A stretch of 64,000 nt of DNA from Octopus bimaculoides (lineage: Eukaryota). Positions within the stretch are counted from its first letter, which is position 1; each line of letters opens with the position of its first letter. This document shows positions 54,310 through 64,000 of the stretch, piece after piece. Under the pieces are notes generated by a model. The model was given only the letters and a program-made list of their open reading frames with translations, was not told where the DNA came from and did no database searches. Made by a program: the position numbers and the translations under genes. The DNA is taken from assembly GCF_001194135.2 (NCBI RefSeq), contig NC_069002.1, positions 293,586 to 357,585 of the forward strand, in the 5' to 3' direction.

Positions 54310-55427
54310 ATGAAGTTCCACACAGTATTGTTTCTCAGTTTATTTATGTCTACATTTGATCTTATCACGGCTCATGATACAGCAGCTTCATCATTATTGC
54401 CATCATCATCATCACCAGCACAAGCACCACCACCACCAGTAGCAGCAGCAGCAGCATTAGCAGCATCTACTCCAGACATTATCATGCTCGACACCAACCA
54501 GAACGCATCAGGTTTGTTATAGTTTCATATGTTATAAGTCAGGGCTAAATATTTTGTCAGAAATCTGAGAGAAGTCTAAATATAAAAATGTCAAAATGGT
54601 TAATGGGTTCAATTTTTGAAAATAATGCCCAGTCTATGTCTTTGTTTTCTTAAATTTTTCTTTGTGAGTATTTTTTGAAGGCAACTGCTATTTCTAGCAG
54701 GTTGGACAACCACATAGTTTTTCTTGTTGGGTTAAAAGGAATCCGTAGATTATATAACAATGTGGAATATAAAACTGTTAGTAGGATGGAGGCTAATGCC
54801 GAGTTCCTTGGGTGTTGTCCAATGTCAATCTCATTATGTCTTTGCATATCACTAGCCATGGAACTCCCAAGACTACATGGAGAAGGTGAGGCCTGTTGCC
54901 ATTCTTTGGTGCCTGGAGATGCTTCAGAATATTCTGGGTGGGCACTAATTTGTAATAATGCTAAAGTGGAGTTTCGTAATAAGTGTATCACTGTAAATCT
55001 GAGGGTACACCATTGAATAGGGAGAAGTGTGGGAGGGGGGAGTAGTACTGTCCAGTGCACACCCTTAGTGATGGGCATGGTTGGCAGCAGATTGGCCTCC
55101 TGGCAATCGTAACTTGGCCCCTTTTCTATAAGTAGTGAAAGTGTATATAATCCAATTTGATTTTCTGTTTCGATTGTTGCAGCATTTTTTGTTGTGATCC
55201 GTGTTTGATGTCTCTCTTTATTTCTTTTGCCAGATCCGCTTGTCAACGATGAACCAGCACCGCAGGCTAAGCCTGGTATCATTAAGAGTTTGGGAAACAG
55301 TATAAAATCGTACTTGGTTCGAATAAGAAAAGCAGTTTTCAGCCATTCTCTCATCATTGGTCCAGTTGTTGTCACTGCTTTCGTTGTTGGGGTAACAGTG
55401 TTAACGCACCGGAACCGTTTCTCGTAA
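54310..55427 (+). CDS. Orphan gene B: 131-aa predicted membrane-anchored protein, paralog of gene A
   Basis: Exon 54231-54511 (acceptor TTTCAG, ATG at 54310, donor CAG|GTTTGT) plus exon 55234-55427 (acceptor TTTGCCAG, TAA), joined by a phase-1 intron. Protein: MKFHTVLFLSLFMSTFDLITA-HDTAASS...DTNQNAS|DPLVNDE...IIKSLGNSIKSYLVRIRKAVFSHSLIIGPVVVTAFVVGVTVLTHRNRFS. An in-frame TAA at 52417 precedes the ATG. Confidence 0.7.
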
Positions 55428-57198
55428 CCGATTCCTCGCTCTATGCAGGCGTTATCATATTTTATTAAGAATCTTTAAATTCACTCTTAAATAGAAGGAA
55501 CACAAGATTCAGAATTTGGAGAATTTTTTTGCCAAGTGACAAGGCATTTTTATAGAAGAGAAGCATAAACGAAAATGGCAAGTTTGAAGAAGTTCCGTTC
55601 TTTCTTGTTTAGAGATAAAAAAAAAAAACCCCACAAAAACCTTTAACTGCTTTCAATGGTGACTAAGATAAGTTATAAAGACTAATTACTCTGGTTAATT
55701 TGTTATAAAAACGTCTTGGATATAACCTGTGGAATTTTTGAAAGCTGCACCAAAGAAAAATTGAAAAATTTTCTCTTCACAAAAATAAATGCATTTTTTC
55801 CTTTTTTTTTTCTCATTGCTTTTTGTTGCTATCAATAAGAGTTCTGACCTAAGACATTCCGGCAATGACTACTTGCTCATTTGCTTTATCGTAATTCATC
55901 ATAAGTTTTTGATGTTAACTAAACGGCCCATTAACGATTTTTGGCACTTTAGATTGATGCTGTTGTTGTTGTTGTTGTTGCAGGGTTTTTGTTTAACCTC
56001 AGTTCAACGTTCACTGAGTTGGGTCTGGAGTTAAAAACTAACCAATGCTCTCTTTCTGTCTGTCGTATTATCTAGGAGGGAAATTTGGCAGTTTTGTCCA
56101 TCAAGCCGAATGGCATGGATTCGTAAGGGAACTCTAAAACTAAATCATCATGACAATACATTACAAGGGTGGATCTTTGAATTACAAGCACAATCAAGTC
56201 GAAGAAAATCAGTACTCCAGTCGATTCGTTCGACTAAAATTGCTCAAGGCGGTGCCCCAGCATGGCCGCCGTCTAATGATTGAAACAAGCAAAATATAAA
56301 AGATAAACATACTACTACCGAGGATCGAAACTGTAGTGTAGTCATAGATTTCGGCGATGTTATCTCCATCTTTAGCATACGGGAGATATTTACTAATGGG
56401 TAGTCTATCGAAAGAATGCCTTGTTTGTTTGTGTTATTTTATTTATAAAGAAAGCATGATTATGGCGGAGGAACACCCTAAAAGAGTCTAGTAAGTCTTG
56501 ATAGAAAAGGGTCGTCGACCGGCTAGAAATAACAAGATATGTCCCGGACCAAACCCTTACCGTCTCTAAAAATAATAAAAAAAACAAAACAAGTAGATTG
56601 TCGAGACTTGAGTGTCTCTCGAACTTGCATCAGCACTGACCAAAATCTAAAGAAAAATAATAATTATGGAAAGGTTGCTAAATTATCTTAATTTTAATAT
56701 CTACAATAGCAACAAGAACAGCAACAATAACAACAGTAGCAGCAACAACAGCACTTTTGAAATGTCCTGGATGGGAAAGAGAGGGAGAAAGTAAAGAAGA
56801 AAGAAGAGAAAATAAGTGAGAGAGAGACAGACATTGTAAAAGAGAGAAAGTGACGACGACGAGAAAAAAGAGAGGGTGATAAAGGGAGGAGACGAGAGAG
56901 AGAGTGAGAGAAATGAATGGCAGAAATAAGCAATGAGAGTAAGAAAGTAAAAAAAGACGAGTGTTTGAAACATCATTTAAAAGAGAGAGAGAGAGAGGAA
57001 GGTAGAGATACTAATGGGAGTGAGGAGGAGGAGGGGGAGTTGGTGAATGAAGGAGAATGGTGGAAGGGGGAAGCTATCATGGAAGGCGTGACTGAGTAGG
57101 AGTTTATTCATTGAAGAAGGTGCAGCGAAGAAGATTGGTCAGCAATGAAAGCGAAAACCTATGAAGTATAGCATTAACGGAGCGTCGTTATCATGGCT

Positions 57199-57270
57199 TC
57201 CCATGTGGTCTAGTGGTTAGGATTCCTGGCTTTCACCCAGGCGGCCCGGGTTCGATTCCCGGCATGGGAA
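57199..57270 (+). tRNA. tRNA-Glu (anticodon TTC)
   Basis: TCCCATG acceptor stem pairs with CATGGGA, followed by discriminator A. A box TGGTCTAGTGG, anticodon arm CCTGG-CTTTCAC-CCAGG, B box GGTTCGATTCC. 72 nt, with canonical eukaryotic tRNA-Glu sequence. Confidence 0.97.
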
Positions 57271-57277
57271 CGTCTAC

Positions 57278-57297
57278 TTTTTCCTCCTTTTTTTTTT
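57278..57297 (+). terminator. Pol III terminator of tRNA-Glu
   Basis: T5 run at 57278-57282 and a longer T run at 57288-57297. Confidence 0.75.
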
Positions 57298-57389
57298 AGT
57301 TTTTTTTTTTCAAGTTTTCCTTTGACTGCGGCCATGCTGGGGCGTCGTCTTAAAAAAAAACTGGCTTCCTGAAGAGTCATAATTATCTA

Positions 57390-58200
57390 AACTGCAACGA
57401 GCATGGCTTTCGCCGCAGCAGGAACTGCCTAACACAGCTTTTGCATCACATCGATCATATAGGGATCAGGTTCGAACTCTGGTGTCATATTTCTGAACTT
57501 CAGTAAATCCTTCGACATTTTCCTTCATTTAACCGTCAATGAGCGCACAAAAACAATATGATGTTAGATATGGGAAAATTTCAATTCACACACTTCGCAA
57601 AGGAGAATGCTCTTTCAGACTGTCGTATTCTCTTCCTTCAGCGGAACCACTCATAGCATCCATTAATATCAACAATTTCGGCTGGAGTGCTCACATCAAC
57701 AATAAAGCCGATATGACTCTCAGGATGAATTCCTAGATGTTCAGAACTTTCCGGTTCAGAGAACAAGACATCATCATTACCCCTTTCTCCTCCTTTGTAC
57801 GGCCACACCTAGAATACTGCTGTCCTCTGTGGGTATACCCGCGCCAAACAAAACATTACGCAAATTGAGTCACCTGGGAGAGCGTTCTCTAAAATAATGA
57901 AGGGCATGACTGAGGTTGATTATTGGGACAACCCGAAAACCTCGGATCTTGATTCTCTCCAACGCCGTCGCGAGGCGCTCCATCATTTGCCTAAACGACG
58001 ACTAACATCAAATTCAGAATTTATCCAAGGCTGGGATCGCGTGCCATACGCCCCCCTACACAATTCAGGCCCACAATACATAAATTCACTGCAACATAAA
58101 GGACAAATTTCTTCAAGGGACACCAGATAAGCCACTTATACCGGAATAAATCCCAGTCAGCAACAACCTCCTTACTCGAATGAGCCATGATTTCATAAAA
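57390..58200 (+). mobile_element. CR1/L2-like LINE reverse-transcriptase relic
   Basis: Broken frames: HGFRRSRNCLTQLL, IFLNFSKSFD, VRPHLEYCCPLW, DYW...LDSLQRRRE. Confidence 0.75.
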
Positions 58201-59035
58201 CTTGACTTGAAAATGACTTCGAGAGATACTTAAGTTAGACAGGGTCTGGGCCAATTTTTATCTAAGTTTACACACACATACAAACAAAAATACGGATAGA
58301 AAAAAATCCCATCTTTAATTGTTGAATTCAGTTTACAAATCCGACGATCTTTTCTGTTGGATCAACATATTTAGATCCAGAAAATAGCAGTCAAATTAAC
58401 ACACAGACATATCCCTTTGCTTTCTGTTTTCAGATTTTGAAGCATCCGTAGAGGGAATTAACTAATTGGATAATCTCAATCTATGTAGACTTTTTCTTTA
58501 TTTCTTTTCCTAAACTATATTACATATGTATGACCCAACCATATTTGTATTTAACTGCAGAAAGCTCAATCTTCTTTTCACCCAAACCACGTATTGCAGG
58601 AAATAAAAAAAGGGGGATTATGGTACGGTTCACCGTCGAGCTTGTATTTACCATCGAAAACTATGGATGCGAACAGTTTCGTACACCAGAATTTAGTTTA
58701 ATCTTGCACAATCTGGCGAAAACTTAGGAACCTTGTTTAGTGTAAAAGGGAATTTCTCTGGTGAACAGTTAAGGGACGCATTTCGCGTATATTTTGAGTA
58801 TGTTCATGAAATAGGGAAGAAGAGATAACTGTGGATTGCTTCGTCTGTCGTTCACCAACACCGCCCCCTCTCCGTCGTTCTTGAAAACGCATGGAGAAAG
58901 GGAGATAATCGTAAATAAAATTGATTGAAGTGTGTGTATGTGTGTGTTTACGTCTGTGTGTGTGTGTGTGTGTGTCCCGGTCTTTGTGCGATGTCGGTTT
59001 ACACCAAGTAATAAACACGACCGTTTCTCTAAGCA

Positions 59036-62000
59036 ATGGTCAGTTTCTATCGGCAAACTTCCGATTTCCTCTGTAATCAGATTTTCAGCAGACCATTCGA
59101 TGTTTTCCTTGTAAAGATGATCGGTAAGTAACGCTTTCATGCATGCGTTAGGGATGTGCTGAAAACAACAGCTAAATCGCTCTTAAATCACACACACACA
59201 CAATCATTTATTCATTTGTTTCCAGAATCGTATAATTCCCGTTTGTAGAACACAAATTCAAAAACATTTTCTAAAAGTTTCAAAAAATAAAAGAGTTATG
59301 AGGGGTTTTATGGGGAACTTAAACCCAGAATTCCTCCAAGAAAATAAATCTAGCGTCGGTTTCGCCAAGGATCGCCTTGTTTCCACCAACAGAAGTAAAA
59401 CTAGTTAAATACCATAGAATACGTGGTTGAGTATCTCTACGGGAGAAATGAAAAGTAAAAATAAATAAAAGGAAAGTGAGTTCGATGAAGCAACTGATAC
59501 TAGTCTGTCTGTTAGGATTTCCATTGTTTGAGGGCCGAGGGCCATGCACACATGAACCGTCTCTTTCTCCTCATTCGTGCCTCTCACTATTATTATGTAT
59601 TCTGCTCCTTCCGTTGATGTCGTCCAGCTAGTATCTTCGTTTCCTCGCTTCGTTTCTCACCATTGACCCTTCTATCGAGGACAGGGTTCCTCAACCATAT
59701 TTTTAAAACTATGAAACCTTTTGATTCCCATATAACTCGGATGATCTCTCAAAACTATACCATGTTTTAAAAAATCCTATTATATTTTTTAATTATATAT
59801 TACTAGGAATTTTTGGAAGAAAATTGTTAAAAGATTTTGTGTATAGTATAAATGCACGTAAATTTTAACAATAAAATCTTATAAAGATCTTCAAGGGCCC
59901 TATGGACCCCGTTTGAGAACCACAGCCCTACTATTTGCATGCTGGGGGTTCTGGGCCCTGATGACATTCCCCAAATACTACACGTTTCTGTTTCTGACGG
60001 TTGGAACTAAAATTCTTTATACCCTGTGGAGAAGATTCTGATATTTAATAAGTGAATCTCCGTCTGGGAGAAAGAAGAGGTAAAAAAAAATACCGGATAA
60101 GGGCACACGAAAAAGAAAATGTTTCTGGACAAAAATGTTTTTCACAGGTTAAATCAACCGTTCTTCTTCATGAAAGGTATTCTGAGGGTCCGCCGATCAG
60201 AGATTATACCAGTTTCGTGAAACGAGTGTTACCTTCTTTTCATCATCACCCTCCAAAACAAAAACAAATCCGATTGTGAAATAGACGATTGCTCTTCTGC
60301 TAAACAGAATCCAAAATTATCCAAAGGGAAGAAGTTGTCCACTTTGTTGTATTCAGCAGACATTTGTATTTTTAACGTAGCCTCTAAGTCAGTAGTAGAG
60401 GTGGATGCTCTGAGAGCATAGCTGTGAGAATAAGAACAGGTTGGACAAAGTTCAGAGAGCTCTTACCTCTGCTGGCCACAAGGGGCCTCTCCGTCAGAGT
60501 GGAAGTACCAGATGAGTACTGGGGTTGATGTAATCGACTTAATCCTTCCCCCAAATTTCAGGGTTTATGCCTATAGTAGAAAGGATTATTATTATTATTA
60601 TTATTATTTTTATTATATTCTATAGATTTATCTCCACTAATTGGCAGCAATTCTATGGAGATGAGTCAATAGAGTATCAGATAAAATGTCTGATATCCTG
60701 TAGAGGAATGATCCTTTACATTCTGTGTTCAAATCCTGTCCTTGTCAGCTTTATCTTTTCATCCTTCCCAGGCTTATAAAAGTAAACACCATTGTACCAT
60801 CTTACTTTCTGCTGCTGTCAGTTATTTTCCTGTTTAACCTTTTCAGATTCTGATTATTTTATCAAATATAAGGCTTATTTATTCACATTTGATTTGAATT
60901 TATCCTGTATTATCTTGTAGCCTTGAGATTTCGATGATGTGACTGTATATTTTTTAGACTAACATTGTAGAATAGGTGTGAAAGGTTGGATCTCGCCAGT
61001 TTAAATGCTAACATGTTAATATGTTGTTTTTAGAGCAGCTGATGAACAAAACCATAAGAATAATAAAGAAAAAAGGCCTCTTGTAGTATTTAGCTAAATA
61101 CCTCTATGCTCCCAGTTCAAATCCTGCCAAAGCTGGCTTTGTCTTTTGTCCTTCTGGTGTCAATAAACATTTTACAGATTAAGTACTGAAGATAATCTAA
61201 TCAATTATACTTGCCCCTCCCCTCCACACTGCATTTATTGTTGTTGTTGTTGTTATTGTCTTACTTCATCTTCCAATTCCAGGTTTTCTTCTCCGTAAGA
61301 TCTACAATTTCCTCATGAAAGCCCCTCGGGAACTACTGATGCAAAAACATGTAGTGTTGCCTCCCATGGACGTTAAAGTTGTCTGTACACACTCTGAATG
61401 GAATTCTGTTTATCGCACACTTTTGGAACAGTGTGAAAGCATCCCGGTAATGTAATCTCGCCTATACACTCGAAACACATTCTATACATCCTGCATACTC
61501 AATGTTACCTTTAAAGTTTTTTGTCCTGTGTGTGTGTGTGTGTGTGTGTGTGTTATCTGTCTTGTATTGCAAATCTTGTCTTTCTTTGCAAAGTTTGTCT
61601 GCATCCATGTGGGTGATCATCTTCAATTTCGTCTTGAAAACTTTGTTACCATTGTTGTTGACATCATCATCATTGTCATCATGATCATCATCTTCATCAC
61701 CAAACCAGTGCAGTCTCCTCTCTTGTACATTGCATCTAATTCCTCTTATGCTCCACCTCTCTCTCAATACACCAATGATCTGTCACACATGCACACTGAT
61801 ATTGCAACATACCAGCTTCGTTCCTCCCCAACCTTTGCATGTTATTTGCATTCAATGTGTGTGAGTGAGTGCATATTCATCCTTATCCTTACATGTGTTG
61901 GTTGACTGTAAACAGCATCCTTGCTGTCTGTACAGTGTTCTTTGCTTGAAATCTTCTGCAAAAACATGTCTGAGCTTCTTGATATCTCTTAAAGTGTTGC

Positions 62001-63513
62001 ACAATCTTTGGAAACAAAAGACTTGTTCAAACAGTGTTGTTTGTTTCCAGTTATCTGCATCTCTGGCTGTGGAAAATCTGCCTCAATGAATTCCATTTCA
62101 CCCATGCAAGCATATAAAAGTGGATGTTAAATGATGGTGATGATGATGATGGTGGTGGTGGTGATGATGATGGGTAGATTATCTGTTTGTAAGCTGGTTT
62201 GGATGGATTGTATGTATTATTCAAAGGTTAATTCTTGTTCCACTATGTCATGCTCATTCTGCCTAAGAATTATGTTAAGGGCACATGTATCTGTGGAGCA
62301 CACCCTCCACTTCTATGCTAATTTAATGAGCTGGAATGTTCAGTTAATTGAACAACTGGCTCCCTATCATTTGAACCAACAGAGAGGCATCGACACACTT
62401 GCCTACGTACATTTGTATACGACAAGCTTTTTCAGCTTCCAAAGTTTCGAGGTGTTACAGTTCTTAGAACACAGCCACGCCTGCGTCTTTTTAGAAATTT
62501 CAAACAACAGATTTTGCAATTCTGAAGTTTTTTTCTTTTCTTTTTCAAATTTTCAATTTTTGCCCTGATCTCACTTTCAACCACTTTTCTAAACTCAAGA
62601 GGCATGGCACTTTCAGATACGGTTGTTCCTTCCAAAATTCTGTTGACGAGAATTAGGAATTCAATAAGTAAAACCGGGACAGAGGATGTTGGTGTGGAAC
62701 AAACGGGAAACAGAAGACAACATTTCCATTGAGGTGTTTAGTTAAATCTTTTTTTAGCGTAAACCCCGCTGGGTATCAATAAAATCAGTACAGAACAATT
62801 TAATCAATATGTTTATTTATTTGTTTGTTTGTTTATTCAATCATCGGAAATTGAAATCAGACGTTATGATGTTTAGCCGTTGTTTCTGAATAATATTTAA
62901 AATAAATTTCAGAGTCGCAAGAAAAAAAAAACAAAAAAACCCCACTGTTTTACTAAGGGAGGCAACTCCTCATAAGTTGGCTGTATGTCACCTCCCTTTA
63001 TCATCTTTCCGCTCCTTATGATCCCACTCTCAGATATTTGAAGAATTTCCGTAGAATGGAAAAACAAAAAAAAAAAAAAAGAATTATGATCAGTAATAAT
63101 TGCAGATATCCATGTAAGCATATGTATAGCCATGCATGGTAGGATATTTTTGGGGTCAATGGACTTATATGTTGAGGCTAAAGTTAGAATTTCAAATCCT
63201 GCTACTTTTCAGTTTCCGTCTACCAAATCCACTCATAAACTTTGGTTGGCCCAAGGCCGTAGTTGAAGACACTTGCCCATGTGGGACTGAACCCAGAACC
63301 ATGTGGCTGGGAAGCAAGCCTCTTACCATACGGCTACACTTGATGCATGTCTGCATAATTATGTGAAAATGCCATTGGTTCTCAGTTTGGATTTTTAATT
63401 GGCTTTACTTTTAATTAATTGTTAATCCATTTATTTTTAGGTGCTGGGATTAGATGCTGAATGGATTAGTAGATTTGGTCGGAGATATCCTGTATCCTTG
63501 CTACAATTAGCAG
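59036..63513 (+). CDS. EXD2: 3'-5' exonuclease EXD2 (DnaQ/WRN-exo family), first three coding exons; continues beyond the window
   Basis: Exons 59036-59123 (or ATG at 59117; donor TCG|GTAAGT), 61283-61446 and 63441-63513, with phases 1, 0 and 1. Spliced protein: ...DVKVVCTHSEWNSVYRTLLEQCESIP|VLGLDAEWISRFGRRYPVSLLQLA, matching the EXD2 Exo I region (cf. human FPVLGIDCEW...PLSLLQMA). Exon 1 is less certain than exons 2 and 3. Confidence 0.8.
59682..59925. mobile_element. hAT/Charlie-like MITE in EXD2 intron 1
   Basis: Ends CAGGGTTCCTCAACC and GTTTGAGAACCACAG both resemble CAGTGGTTCTCAACC-type termini; no target-site duplication seen. Confidence 0.55.
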
Positions 63514-64000
63514 GTAAAGATGGCCTTTGTGTTCTCATTAGACTGAACTTGTTGCCAAAACCTTTCCCAGCTTCGTTAAAAAGTTTGTTGGCTGATTCAA
63601 GGTAGGTCTTTATTTTCTATACCAGAGTTGATTTTGGGAAGGGCACCCAGCCATTAAAAACCATGCCAAAAGAGACAGTGAAGCCTATTACAGTCTCCTG
63701 GGTTGGACGGTTTGACAGGAGCTGGTAAAGCCAGGGGTTCACCATGTTCCATTGTCTGTTTTGGTTTGGTTTCTAGGGTCAGATGCCTTTCCTAATGCCA
63801 ACCACTTTACAGAGTGGACTAAGTGCTTTTTAAGTGGCACCAGTGCCTTTTTTTGTGACTCAGTAATTAGAATTTAACTTTTATCACATTTCTTGGTGTC
63901 GACACAAAATGGTGAAATGAGTAGAAATTTTCAAAAGGAACATATTACCTCCAAATATAATTGAACGAGCAAATTTCACATTTACATTACTCTTCCCATA

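Noticed and set aside
54650-55375. 241-aa minus-strand ORF
   Set aside because: Antisense to orphan B exon 3 and its intron, with no recognisable motif or splice support; possibly an old repeat.
56700-56790. CAA-rich tract followed by ATG, a possible third orphan paralog
   Set aside because: No acceptor, the frame closes after about 10 codons, and there is no signal-peptide similarity.
59355-59400. Second hammerhead-like hairpin (CAAGG/CCTTG plus GAAAC) on the - strand
   Set aside because: The catalytic core cannot be placed correctly relative to the stem.
61860-62635. Minus-strand open frames in EXD2 intron 2 (GRFSTARD... and MEGTTVSES...)
   Set aside because: Weak or absent acceptors, one is cut by a SINE tail, and no recognisable domain or connected gene model.

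Overview
AT-rich, microsatellite- and SINE-rich animal genomic DNA, most likely octopus (inferred from the tRNA-derived SINEs and RTE-type (GAT)n-tailed repeats, not proven). I rebuilt the spliced genes by hand from GT-AG boundaries with consistent intron phases; all are on the + strand. In order: RABL6 (13 coding exons, 8532-19280, first exon not found); a 3'-truncated Tx1/L1-type LINE relic (~20560-22125); an intronless UFSP2 with an ODR-4/MPN-like N-terminus (22335-24227); SMARCAD1 (21 coding exons, 29399-46020, 988 aa); two small genes I do not recognise (CDS 49115-49986 and 54310-55427); tRNA-Glu(TTC) at 57199-57270; a CR1-like relic; and the first three coding exons of EXD2 (59036-63513). 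The best candidate for an undescribed system is the pair of unrecognised genes. They are tandem paralogs sharing a promoter with inverted CRE-type motifs, a non-coding first exon with a conserved donor, a CAA-rich leader, a signal peptide, an identical phase-1 intron and a C-terminal hydrophobic anchor. The second candidate is the LINE-fragment/intronless-UFSP2 junction. Three assembly gaps are present (4332-4341, 6122-6131, 27393-27630). Repeat boundaries are approximate.
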